The notes under the pieces: generated by a model
The model's input: the letters and a program-made list of their open reading frames with translations, nothing else
What the model was told of the DNA's origin: nothing
Database searches by the model: none
Shown here: in pieces, positions 27,171 through 35,757 of the stretch
Numbering within the stretch: the stretch's first letter is position 1
How the letters are laid out: each line of letters begins with the position of its first letter
Program-made: the position numbers and the translations under genes
NCBI RefSeq assembly: GCF_028368995.1
Contig: NZ_JAQNDL010000001.1
Location: 704,001 to 768,000 of the forward strand
From: Nannocystis bainbridge
Lineage (GTDB): Bacteria; Myxococcota_A; Polyangia; Nannocystales; Nannocystaceae
Length of the DNA stretch: 64,000 nucleotides
Direction of reading: 5' to 3'

Positions 27171-28316
27171 TCAGCCCCGCACGATCGGCAGGTGCACGCG
27201 CGCCTGGTAGTGCGCCAGCGCGGCCGCGGCGCCCGCCCGAGTCTGCCAGTCGGCCCACGTATCGGTGTACGGATCGTAACCGCACTTGAGCGGCTTGCTG
27301 TCCTCGACCGCCGGGTCGGCCAGCAGCGCCCGGCAGCCGGTGCACGCATAACGGTACGGACAATCGCGGCAGACCTCGATCTCGTCGTTGCGGGCGGCCC
27401 AGACCCGGCGAAACGCCTCGTCCGCGACCACCTGCGCCAGCGAGACCGCCCGGTGGTCGCCGAACGACCCGCGCATGGCCGGGCAGTTGCGGACCTCGCC
27501 GCGCTCGTCGATCGCCAGCTTGCGATTCAGGCAGCCGCTGAATTGCCGCAGCTCGTTGAAGGTCGGCGTGGTCGGCGGCAGCAGCTGCCGCTTGCCGATC
27601 TGCCCGCAGTCCAGCGCCGACTCGAGCGGCTTGACGGTCATCGAGATCTCGAGCGTCAACAGCGTCGCGGCGTCCCCACGCGCCCCGTAGTCGACCGCGA
27701 GCCGCCGCTCCTGCGGCGCCGAATGGACCGTGAGCCCGGTGATGAGGCGATGGGCGCCGACCACCGCCACGTAGTCGTCGTCGCTGCGCCCGGGCTCGTG
27801 GGCGAGGATCGCCTCCAGCGTCTGGATCGACGAGCCCCGGCACAGGCGCGCCAGCTCGTCGAGCTCGGCCAGGCCGAACACCCCGGCGTAGCCCCGCACC
27901 TGGAGGTGCTGGCAGCCGAGGCCGCTCAGCTCGGCGACGATCTTGCGATAGTCGTGGTGCTGCCCGCGGACGTCGACGATGGCGTTGTGGATCGCGCAAG
28001 GCGCGTCCCAGGCCCTGGAGATCTCCGGAAACGCCGCCGCGTCGGCGACGACCGCCACGTATTCGTTCGCCAGCAAGAAATCCAGGAACGCCACGAAATC
28101 GTCGTGCTCCTCGGGCGACAGCGCGTCCACGATCTCGCCCAGGCGGCGGGCCCGGAACAGCGCGAAGAACGGGAAATAGGCCGACGGGAACGTCGAGATG
28201 TGCTTGCGGGTGAGGTCGTAGATCGCCGACGCGGCGGCCCCCTCGACCGGCACGCAGTCGGAGAAGAGGAACACGTACTCGTCGCGTCGGTCGCGTAACA
28301 ATTGAGTGGAGTCCAT
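27171..28316 (-). CDS. SPASM-domain peptide maturase of grasp-with-SPASM type (no radical-SAM motif)
   Basis: LFSDCVPVEG...IYDL, CGQI, CLNRKLAIDERGEVRNCPAM, IEVCRDCPYRYACTGCR, KPLKCGYDP; no CxxxCxxC. Confidence 0.88.
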   Translation of the reverse strand: MDSTQLLRDRRDEYVFLFSDCVPVEGAAASAIYDLTRKHISTFPSAYFPFFALFRARRLGEIVDALSPEEHDDFVAFLDFLLANEYVAVVADAAAFPEISRAWDAPCAIHNAIVDVRGQHHDYRKIVAELSGLGCQHLQVRGYAGVFGLAELDELARLCRGSSIQTLEAILAHEPGRSDDDYVAVVGAHRLITGLTVHSAPQERRLAVDYGARGDAATLLTLEISMTVKPLESALDCGQIGKRQLLPPTTPTFNELRQFSGCLNRKLAIDERGEVRNCPAMRGSFGDHRAVSLAQVVADEAFRRVWAARNDEIEVCRDCPYRYACTGCRALLADPAVEDSKPLKCGYDPYTDTWADWQTRAGAAAALAHYQARVHLPIVRG

Positions 28317-28319
28317 CGT

Positions 28320-28520
28320 TCAAAGCTCCGGTTTGGAGATCGGTTTGCCCGCGTGACGGGCGTACATCACCGAATGGCGGTACTTCGGCAGCTCGAGCGT
28401 CGCCCGCTGCGTCGCCTCGGCGTCGACGATCGCGGCGCTGATGACGATCCGCGCGTAGCCCAGCGGCAGGCTCGCCTTGAGAAGGGGGGTCAGGGTCATC
28501 TCTTCAAACTCTTTGCTCAC
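28320..28520 (-). CDS. small hypothetical protein inside the RiPP operon
   Basis: 66-aa ORF overlapping the ATP-grasp stop and ending 3 nt before the SPASM start; no recognisable motif. Confidence 0.45.
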   Translation of the reverse strand: MSKEFEEMTLTPLLKASLPLGYARIVISAAIVDAEATQRATLELPKYRHSVMYARHAGKPISKPEL

Positions 28521-29499
28521 GCGCCACCAGCCTCTCTGCGATCATTCGCTCGATCGCCATGTTGCAGCGCTCCGACAGCGGGCCGAACTGCCCGACCGGG
28601 TTGACCTCGAGCAGGTAGTATTCGCCGTGCGCGTCGACGATCATGTCGAACGAGCCGGTGTTCAGATCGAGCGAGCGCGCCAGCAGGGACAGCTTGGCCT
28701 CGATCTCCGGCGGCAGGCGAAACGGGACCACCCGGTTCGGTCTTTCGCTGTTGTACTTGCGATAGTCGACGCGGGTCTGCGCGTCGCTCTGCGAGAAGAT
28801 GGCCGCCGCGCGAAACTGGTCGTCGAGGAAGAACACCCGCAGCTCGAAGGCCTTGTCGACGTACCGCTGGAACAGCGACGGCGCCATGCGCTCGCCCACG
28901 CCCTCGAGCACCCGCGGCTCGAGCGCCTCGGTGTACGTGAAGTACCCGGTCCTGCTCTCGGTCGTGTCGAACAGATAGAGGCCGTCGGACATCGCCTTGG
29001 TCACGTAGCCGCAGCCCGAAGCCACCAGGCTCTGCGCGTGGCTGCGCAGGTTCGACACGCTGTACGGCGGCGTGCGCAGGCCGACCTCGCGCGCGCGCCC
29101 CAGCACCACCAGCTTGTTGGGGGCCGAGCCGTTGGCGCTGCCCAGCACGGCGCTGCGCCGCCGCAGCAGGTCGTGAAAGTGGTCGCGCAGGGTGCGGTTC
29201 TCCAGGTCGAGCTTGTGTTGCAGGTGCCGCGCCAGCGCCGGGTGCTCGGGCGCCGCCACGCTCGGGAACAGGCCCTTGAACCAGAAGCCGCCCTTGCGCA
29301 GCCAGACGCTCGTCACGTCCTCGAGGCCGAACGCGTCCTCGTCGACCCGGACGGAGAAATCATCGTCCGAGATCGTCAGCTCGACGCTGTACTCCTCGTC
29401 CGCGTTGATCCGCACGACCTTCGCGTCGCTCAGGTGGTCGATCCATCGCATCACGTCGAGGGTCGAAGGATCCCCGGAATTGCTGAAGATCAAGATCAT
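28504..29499 (-). CDS. ATP-grasp peptide maturase (graspetide synthetase, grasp-with-SPASM type)
   Basis: MILIFSNSGDPST..V..W, SVWLRK, NKLVVL..A..VGL.TP, PSLFQRYVDKAFELRVF, AAIFSQ....T.VDYR, LNTGSFDMI, LEVNPVGQFG; GGAG RBS. Confidence 0.92.
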   Translation of the reverse strand: MILIFSNSGDPSTLDVMRWIDHLSDAKVVRINADEEYSVELTISDDDFSVRVDEDAFGLEDVTSVWLRKGGFWFKGLFPSVAAPEHPALARHLQHKLDLENRTLRDHFHDLLRRRSAVLGSANGSAPNKLVVLGRAREVGLRTPPYSVSNLRSHAQSLVASGCGYVTKAMSDGLYLFDTTESRTGYFTYTEALEPRVLEGVGERMAPSLFQRYVDKAFELRVFFLDDQFRAAAIFSQSDAQTRVDYRKYNSERPNRVVPFRLPPEIEAKLSLLARSLDLNTGSFDMIVDAHGEYYLLEVNPVGQFGPLSERCNMAIERMIAERLVAREQRV

Positions 29500-29591
29500 G
29501 GCAGGCTCCATCGCTCGTATCGCCCGCATCGGGCCGGAGAGGCGCGGCCTCCACCGGCACATGCCGGTAGAGGCCACGACCCTCGCGCGGG

Positions 29592-29753
29592 TCAGTCGTT
29601 GTCGTTGACGCCGTCGATGTGGCACTTCGACTTCGTGCCCGAGCTCTCCGGGGGCATCCCGCCGGTCACCTGGCACAGCTCGTCCGCGCCGAGCGTGTTG
29701 GCCGTGAACTTGGGCAGCTGCTTCTCTTCGTTCTTTCTAAGGTTCTTTTTCAT
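29592..29753 (-). CDS. RiPP precursor peptide 3 (53 aa, double-glycine leader)
   Basis: MKKNLRKNEEKQLPKFTANTLGADELCQVTGG-MPPESSGTKSKCHIDGVNDND. Confidence 0.88.
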   Translation of the reverse strand: MKKNLRKNEEKQLPKFTANTLGADELCQVTGGMPPESSGTKSKCHIDGVNDND

Positions 29754-29770
29754 GACACGATTCCATCTCT

Positions 29771-29786
29771 CCCCGTTCGCACGGGG
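29771..29786 (-). promoter_or_regulatory. stem-loop upstream of precursor 3 RBS
   Basis: CCCCGT-GCGA-ACGGGG on the transcript strand. Confidence 0.55.
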
Positions 29787-29860
29787 TTCTCTCCGCGCTC
29801 GCCCCGTACCATCGGGGGCGAGCCTCATGGTCCATTCTTGCGTGTTCGCTTCGCCGCGGC

Positions 29861-30043
29861 TCAGGCCACGCCGCCGCCGCCGTCGCCGTCGTCGATGCCG
29901 TCGATGTGGCAGATCGACCACGTGCTGCCGGACTCCGGCTCCCTCCCGCCGGTCACCCGGCACAGCTCGTCCGCGCCGAGCGTGCGGCCGCTGAACTTGG
30001 GGAGCTTGTTCTCGTGGTCTCGCTTCTTCATGGGCTTATTCAT
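29861..30043 (-). CDS. RiPP precursor peptide 2 (60 aa, double-glycine leader)
   Basis: MNKPMKKRDHENKLPKFSGRTLGADELCRVTGG-REPESGSTWSICHIDGIDDGDGGGGVA. Confidence 0.88.
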   Translation of the reverse strand: MNKPMKKRDHENKLPKFSGRTLGADELCRVTGGREPESGSTWSICHIDGIDDGDGGGGVA

Positions 30044-30059
30044 GGTCTAGTTCCATTCC

Positions 30060-30077
30060 TTCCCGCAGGTGCGGGAA
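30060..30077 (-). promoter_or_regulatory. stem-loop upstream of precursor 2 RBS
   Basis: TTCCCGC-ACCT-GCGGGAA on the transcript strand. Confidence 0.55.
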
Positions 30078-30113
30078 AATCATCGTTCAAGACGGTACCG
30101 CTGCCAGTCACTG

Positions 30114-30281
30114 TCAGTTGCAGCCGTCACAAGTACCGTCGACGTGGCAGACGCTGTGCGTGTTGGCGGTCTCCGGCGGCATCCCGCCCTTGACCTGGCA
30201 CAGCTCGTCCGCGCCGAGGGTCTGGCCGTGGAACCTCGGCAGCTTCTTCTCGTCGTCGCGCTTCTTCATGGGCTTGTTCAT
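30114..30281 (-). CDS. RiPP precursor peptide 1 (55 aa, double-glycine leader)
   Basis: MNKPMKKRDDEKKLPRFHGQTLGADELCQVKGG-MPPETANTHSVCHVDGTCDGCN. Confidence 0.88.
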   Translation of the reverse strand: MNKPMKKRDDEKKLPRFHGQTLGADELCQVKGGMPPETANTHSVCHVDGTCDGCN

Positions 30282-30297
30282 GTCTAGTTCCATTCCT

Positions 30298-30314
30298 TCC
30301 CGTTTCGCACGGGA
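30298..30314 (-). promoter_or_regulatory. stem-loop upstream of precursor 1 RBS
   Basis: TCCCGT-GCGAA-ACGGGA on the transcript strand. Confidence 0.55.
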
Positions 30315-30424
30315 CAATCATTCAAGGGTATTCCCCGCACCGCGTGATACGGGGGTAGGTGTAAGTCATCGCCGCTAATCGAACTCAAGTCGACGATGCA
30401 CCTCGGACACGCGTCCCCTCGCCG

Positions 30425-30480
30425 CTGGTTTCGAAAAAATTTTAAATCATCAAAGCACCACGACCGGGCCTGATTTTCCC
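30425..30480. promoter_or_regulatory. AT-rich patch upstream of the RiPP operon, likely promoter region
   Basis: TTTCGAAAAAATTTTAAATCATCAAAG is the most AT-rich stretch I saw in the window; -10/-35 elements not assigned. Confidence 0.4.
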
Positions 30481-30828
30481 CGAATAGCGCGGGCTGGACG
30501 ATGATTCGCCGCCCCTGACATTCGTGTCGCGGCGAAACGCCGGGGCGACACGCGAGAATCCTCGACCGCCGCGCGAGGCCGTCTCCGCGCAATCGAGAAC
30601 TCGTTGGTCGGCGCTCCGTGAGCTCCGACACTATCCCCATCGCCGGCCCGCGACCAGCGCAGCGAGGGTCCGGGCGACCCACTGCATGGATTGCCCGCCC
30701 GCTGCGAGACGGCCGCTCTCCATGGCCATTCACCGCACCACGAATGGCCATACCCCCGCGATGCTCCCCGGTGCGCGAGGGCCGAACTGCCGCTTCGCCG
30801 GCGGCCGCGACCCGGTTATGCTCCGCGC

Positions 30829-31818
30829 ATGCGCCCCGCGCCTCACCGCCTGACGATCGCCCTCGCGGCGCTCCTCGCGTGCGGCCCGGCCCGCGACGAG
30901 GCCCCGGCCCCGCTCCCGGTCCCGCATGCGCCCGCGGACCCGCCCGGGCCCGCCGCGCCCCTCGAAGCACCCCCCGCCTCGCGCGACGACGCTTCCGTGC
31001 ATCACCAGGCATTCGCCCGCCGCGTCCTCTACACCTGGACCACCCCGGCCCAGATCGACGCCCTGCGCCGCTCCCGACGCCTGCTGGTCGCCGACAGCGA
31101 CGTCGGCGAGCGCTCGCCCTACCTGCGCGCGCTCGACCGCCTCGCCGGCACCCACCCGCTCGCCGCGATCCTGCGCGACCACCCCGGCCATCGCCGGCGC
31201 CGTTACGCCTGGACCAGCCCGCTCGCCACCACCCTCGGCCTCGGCGAGCGCCGCTACGGCGACGCCCTGATCCGCATCGACCTCACGGACGACGCCCTCG
31301 TGGTCGGCTTCCGCCCGCACGCCGCCGAGCCGTTTGTCCTCGAGGACATGTCCGGAGAGCCAGTCGATCTCGCCGTCGCCCTCGCCGACCCCGGGCGGAT
31401 CGCCGCCGTTTATCACGTCCGCGACGGCCCCGACGACGCCGTCGCCTTCCGCGAGTACGTCGTCTGCAACGAGTCGCGGATCGCCGCCTGGTCGGTCGCC
31501 ACGCCGGAGCTCCGCGCCCGCGTCGACGCCGACATCGCCCTGCTCGAGGCGCGGCGCCGCGACCTGGCCCATCTGCCCGCCGCCGCCGTGCGCAGCCCGG
31601 CCACCGCCGTGTGGGCCACCGCGCCGGACCGCCCGACCCCGCTCGATCTCTGGCACGCCCGGCTCGCCTTCGACAACGAGCGCTACCGGCCCACGCCTGC
31701 CAACCTCGCCGCCATCATCGCCGCGCTACGCGACTACGACCCCGCCGGCGAGCCGCTGATCCACCGGCCCGATGCCGCCTTCCCCGAAGGTCAGCTCGCG
31801 TCCCAGACCGCGCGGTAG
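30829..31818 (+). CDS. hypothetical lipoprotein (possible ADP-ribosyltransferase-like fold)
   Basis: ALAALLAC lipobox; RVLYTWT, YAWTSP, YGDALIRIDL, FREYVV. Confidence 0.65.
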   Translation: MRPAPHRLTIALAALLACGPARDEAPAPLPVPHAPADPPGPAAPLEAPPASRDDASVHHQAFARRVLYTWTTPAQIDALRRSRRLLVADSDVGERSPYLRALDRLAGTHPLAAILRDHPGHRRRRYAWTSPLATTLGLGERRYGDALIRIDLTDDALVVGFRPHAAEPFVLEDMSGEPVDLAVALADPGRIAAVYHVRDGPDDAVAFREYVVCNESRIAAWSVATPELRARVDADIALLEARRRDLAHLPAAAVRSPATAVWATAPDRPTPLDLWHARLAFDNERYRPTPANLAAIIAALRDYDPAGEPLIHRPDAAFPEGQLASQTAR

Positions 31819-32291
31819 CGGGCCTGCAGCTCCGCCCACTCCTCCGGCGCGCCGACGAAGATCCCCTCGCTCCACGAGAACACGTCGCTCGGGCGATCGT
31901 CGGCCTCGTACAGCGGGATCACGTGCACGTGCAAGTGACGCGACGTCTGCGTCATCTCGCCCGCGCTGCTGCCCGTCGACGCCACATAGCAGCGGCGCGG
32001 CCGCATCACCCGTTCGACCATGCGCGCCGCCTGGTGGGCCAGTTGATTGGCGCGGGCCCACAGCGCCGGATCGACCGCCGCGAACGACGTCACGTGGGGC
32101 TTCGGCACCACCATCACGTGACCCCAGCGGCGGACGTAGCGGGGCAGCATCACCAGCATCGCCTCGTCCTCGAAGATCGCATGGACCGCCCCGACCTCGC
32201 GGCGGACGATCGCGCACATCAGACACTCGGGCGCGCCGCCCTCGGCCTCGATGCGGCGCAGCGCCTCGTCGCGTGAGATCAGCGTCGGCAT
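31791..32291 (-). CDS. HIT family protein
   Basis: CLMCAI, GHVMVVPKPH, HLHVHVIP histidine triad. Confidence 0.88.
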   Translation of the reverse strand: MPTLISRDEALRRIEAEGGAPECLMCAIVRREVGAVHAIFEDEAMLVMLPRYVRRWGHVMVVPKPHVTSFAAVDPALWARANQLAHQAARMVERVMRPRRCYVASTGSSAGEMTQTSRHLHVHVIPLYEADDRPSDVFSWSEGIFVGAPEEWAELQARYRAVWDAS

Positions 32292-32425
32292 GCCCGGGTG
32301 CGCCGCGAGTGTCTCACGGCTGCCGGCCGCGACGCATCACCGGCCCCGCGCATTCCCGGTATGGGCGTGACCTTCGCGGCCGGCCGCCGCGCGCGCCCGC
32401 CCGGGGCCCGTGATAGCGTCCTCGC

Positions 32426-34540
32426 ATGACCCCTCGCTGGCTCGGCCCGCTCGTGCTCCTCGCCTGCGCCCCGCACGAGCACCCGCGCGAGCCGCAGCGC
32501 GAATGCGCCGCGGGCATGGTCGTCGTCGAGGGCTCGCTCCAAGGCAGCCCGGCGATCGATCGATTGTGCGTCGACGCCACCGAGGTCACCACCGCTGCCT
32601 ACGGCGCCTGCGTGCACGCCGGCGCCTGCACCCCGACCGTCGTCGGCGACGTCGCCGAGTGCAACCTGACCCGCGCCGACCGCGGCGAGCACCCGATCAA
32701 CTGCGTCGAATTCGAGCAGGCCCGCGCCTATTGCAGCTGGCTCGGCAAGCGCCTGCCGAGCGACGCCGAATGGGCCCACATCGCCCGCCCGCGGCTCGCC
32801 GGCGCCGCCTGGGTTTGGGGCACCGCCGCCATCGACGCCACCCGCGCCTGCATTCACCAGAGCGGCACCTGTCCCGTGGGACAGCATCCGGCCGGCGCCA
32901 GCGTCGACGGCGTGCACGACCTCGTCGGCGGCGTCGCCGAATGGGTCGTGCACGGCGAGCGGCTGCGGCTGCGCGGCGGCAGCTGGCGCGCCGCCCCCGG
33001 CCCCCCCTTCAGCGAAGAATCCACCGACTCCATGGCCGCCGCCGACTCCGGCGTGCGCTGCGTCGTCGCCCCGTTCTCCACCGTCACCGCCCCCGACCTC
33101 GAAGCCTGGACCCCGCTCACCGCCGGCCAGGCCGAGCTGCCGGTGCTGGCCGCTCCGTCGCCGCCCTTCGTGCCCCCGCGCCCGCTGGCCAACCTCCAAT
33201 TGCTGCGCGGCGACCCGCAGCGGCACGACCCCGCCCGCTGGTGGCCGGTCGGCGACGACTGGCTGACCGGCTACGACGGCGGCCAGCCCGACGTCCTCGG
33301 TTTGCCCGACGTGCTCGAGCGCGCCAGCCTGCCCGAGGGCCTCCGCGAATTCACCCCGGTGCGCCAGCTCGGCAGCGACCTCCTGCTCATGCGCGGCGGC
33401 TGGGCCAGCAGCCTGCGCTTTGTCGCCGTCGAGCGCAGCGGCTTCAAGATCCGCTGGCAGATCCCGTTCGCCAACTACGGCTCCTCCTTCGAGCAGTTCG
33501 TCGGCCCGCGCACCCTCGTCGCCGAGATCTACGGCCAGCAAGGCGACGCGATCGTCGGCTTCGGCCTGGCCGACGGCCGCGAGCTGTGGCGGATCGCCGG
33601 CGGCGAGCAGGGCCCGTTCGTCCGCGCCAGTCGCGTATGGACCGACGGCGACCGCGGCTATGTCCGCGGCGACCGCGGCCTGCTCGCCTTCGATCTGGTC
33701 ACCGGACAGGTCCTCTGGGACGGCGTCACCCTCGACGACGACTGCGGCGTGGTCGCAGGCGACGGCGTCATGGTCGTCGAGGGCCCGGAGCCCGAGGGCC
33801 ACCGACGCCTCGACGCGGCCACCGGCGCCGAGCTCGGGCGCCTCGAGGGCAGCGGCGGTCGCTGCGTGTGGGGCGTCCACCCGAACGAGGGCGGCGTGGT
33901 GCCGGCTGTCCTCGAGGACAGCCGCCTATTCTCCTTCACGGTCCCCGACGGTCGCGGCATCACAGTCCTGCGGGTCCACGACATCACCAGCGGTCGCGAG
34001 CTGTGGCGCCGCGGCGGCCTCGAGCCGCACGTCCTGGTCGCCGACCGCGAGGCTGTCTACGTCAGGCGGGCGCGCGACCTCCTCATCGGTCTCGAAGCGG
34101 CCACCGGCGCGCCGCAGATCGAGATCTCGCTGGCGGGAGAGTTCGCGCTCAGCCTGCTCGCCGGCGGTGGTCCGCGCGGACCGCTGCTGCTCAGCTTCGG
34201 CGAGGTGGGCAACGATTGGCTGCTCGGCCGCGGCGAACAACCGTCCGCCGCCGAGGCGTACACCGTGCGCGGCCGGCTCGTGCCCGACGGCCTGTCGCGC
34301 AGGAGCGTCGCCGGCGTGCCCGTGCGGGTCGGCGGCGAGCGGACGCGCACCGACGCCGCCGGCCGCTTCACCGTCAAGGGCGTGGCCCGCGGCGCCGTCG
34401 CGGTCGCGCTCGGCAACGACAGGGGCCCCGGCGAGCCCGGCGGGTCGACTGTCCGCTTCGAGCCGGTCACCGTCGTGCTCGCGGGCCGCGGCCCCTACGA
34501 CATCGGCGACGTCCCCCTGTACGCCTGGTACACCGAATGA
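32426..34540 (+). CDS. lipoprotein: FGE-sulfatase (SUMF1-like) domain + PQQ-like beta-propeller + beta-sandwich
   Basis: VLLAC lipobox; DATEVT...HPINCV...ARAYCSWLGKRLPSDAEW...DLVGGVAEW; A.DGRELWR repeats; RTDAAGRFTV. Confidence 0.8.
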   Translation: MTPRWLGPLVLLACAPHEHPREPQRECAAGMVVVEGSLQGSPAIDRLCVDATEVTTAAYGACVHAGACTPTVVGDVAECNLTRADRGEHPINCVEFEQARAYCSWLGKRLPSDAEWAHIARPRLAGAAWVWGTAAIDATRACIHQSGTCPVGQHPAGASVDGVHDLVGGVAEWVVHGERLRLRGGSWRAAPGPPFSEESTDSMAAADSGVRCVVAPFSTVTAPDLEAWTPLTAGQAELPVLAAPSPPFVPPRPLANLQLLRGDPQRHDPARWWPVGDDWLTGYDGGQPDVLGLPDVLERASLPEGLREFTPVRQLGSDLLLMRGGWASSLRFVAVERSGFKIRWQIPFANYGSSFEQFVGPRTLVAEIYGQQGDAIVGFGLADGRELWRIAGGEQGPFVRASRVWTDGDRGYVRGDRGLLAFDLVTGQVLWDGVTLDDDCGVVAGDGVMVVEGPEPEGHRRLDAATGAELGRLEGSGGRCVWGVHPNEGGVVPAVLEDSRLFSFTVPDGRGITVLRVHDITSGRELWRRGGLEPHVLVADREAVYVRRARDLLIGLEAATGAPQIEISLAGEFALSLLAGGGPRGPLLLSFGEVGNDWLLGRGEQPSAAEAYTVRGRLVPDGLSRRSVAGVPVRVGGERTRTDAAGRFTVKGVARGAVAVALGNDRGPGEPGGSTVRFEPVTVVLAGRGPYDIGDVPLYAWYTE

Positions 34541-34615
34541 GCGCGCGTTCGCTCATGTCGCGGCTTCGCCGGCAGATTCGCCGTCAGGGCCCGGTATGAT
34601 ACAGGAGGTGCTGCA

Positions 34616-35635
34616 ATGGTCGACGCGCAACGACAGGACGGTCAGGACGCCGCGAGGCAGCGGCACGACGCGGTGCTCCTGCGCGTGGCCGAGACCGCAG
34701 CGATCGACGCCGGCGACCTCGACCGTGCGCTCGCGGTCCTGACCGAAGCCGCCGCCGAGGGCCTGCAGCTGGAGCGCGCCTCGGTATGGGTCTACACCCC
34801 CGACCAGGCCGCGATCGAATGCCTCGACCTCTACCAGCGCGGCGCCGGTGAGCACGACACCGCGCCGACCCTGCTGGCCGCGGCCGAGTTCCCGGCCTAC
34901 TTCCAGGCCCTGGCCGCCGCCCGCACCCTCGTCGCCGCCGACGCCCGCACCGACCCGGCCACCCGCGAGCTCGCCGACACCTACCTCGCCCCGCACGGCA
35001 TCGGCGCCGCGCTCGAGGCCCCGATCCGCCGCCGCGGCCGCCTCGCCGGCGTCCTCTGCAACGAGCACGTCGGCCCCGCGCGCCCGTTCTCGCGCGACGA
35101 GCAGGCGTTCGCCGCCGCGATCGCCGACAACGTCGCCCGGGCCCTCGACGCCGCCGACCGCCGCCGCGTCGAAGACGGCCTGGCCCACGCCAAGGCCGCG
35201 CTCGAACAGCTCGACCGCGAGAACCGGGCCCTCATCACCCGCCTGCGCCGCAGCGTCGAGCGATTGTCCACACCTGTGCTCGAGGTCTGGAGCGACGTGC
35301 TGGCCCTGCCGATCATCGGCATCCTCGGCGAGGAGCGCAGCGCCCAGATGACCGAGCGCCTGCTCGGCGAGCTGGCGCGCACGCGGGCCAGACACGTCAT
35401 CCTCGACCTCACCGGCCTCGACGACTGCGACGAGCAGACCGCCGCCGCCATCGGCGTCATGGCCCGCGCCGTCCGCCTGCTCGGCGCCGAGTGCGTCCTC
35501 TGCGGCGTCCGCCCCGACCTCGCCCGCGCCTTCGTCGACCTCGACCTCGACCTCCGCGGCCTGCAGATCCTCCGCGACATGCGCCACGCCCTGCAGGACG
35601 TCGTCACCCGCCGCGCCCACGCCCGGACCCGCTGA
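34616..35635 (+). CDS. GAF + STAS domain protein (RsbR-like)
   Basis: GAF: PAYFQAL...DARTDP.TREL...YLAPHGI.A.LEAPI...GVLCNEHVG; STAS: LSTPVLEVW..VLALPIIG...VILDLTG...LLGA.CVLCGVRP. Confidence 0.88.
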   Translation: MVDAQRQDGQDAARQRHDAVLLRVAETAAIDAGDLDRALAVLTEAAAEGLQLERASVWVYTPDQAAIECLDLYQRGAGEHDTAPTLLAAAEFPAYFQALAAARTLVAADARTDPATRELADTYLAPHGIGAALEAPIRRRGRLAGVLCNEHVGPARPFSRDEQAFAAAIADNVARALDAADRRRVEDGLAHAKAALEQLDRENRALITRLRRSVERLSTPVLEVWSDVLALPIIGILGEERSAQMTERLLGELARTRARHVILDLTGLDDCDEQTAAAIGVMARAVRLLGAECVLCGVRPDLARAFVDLDLDLRGLQILRDMRHALQDVVTRRAHARTR

Positions 35636-35646
35636 GCTGGCCCATC

Positions 35647-35731
35647 GGGCATGTCCGACGAGACATGTCGTAGGGGACAGGAGACCGCCGACTCGACATG
35701 GCCCTCAGAGCATGTCTCTCGAGACATGTCC
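35647..35731. repeat. 14-bp-phased CATG palindrome array (two sub-arrays)
   Basis: CATG at 35650, 35664, (CAGG 35678), then 35697, 35711, 35725; between convergent genes. Confidence 0.88.
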
Positions 35732-35757
35732 TGCGGGACACTGGCCCGCCGGCCCGC

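Noticed and set aside
27171-28316. Radical SAM enzyme (ranthipeptide/sactipeptide maturase)
   Set aside because: No CxxxCxxC motif; only SPASM-type cysteines are present.
32426-33070. Diversity-generating retroelement target (FGE/C-type lectin fold)
   Set aside because: No reverse transcriptase or template repeat was seen, and the domain is N-terminal.
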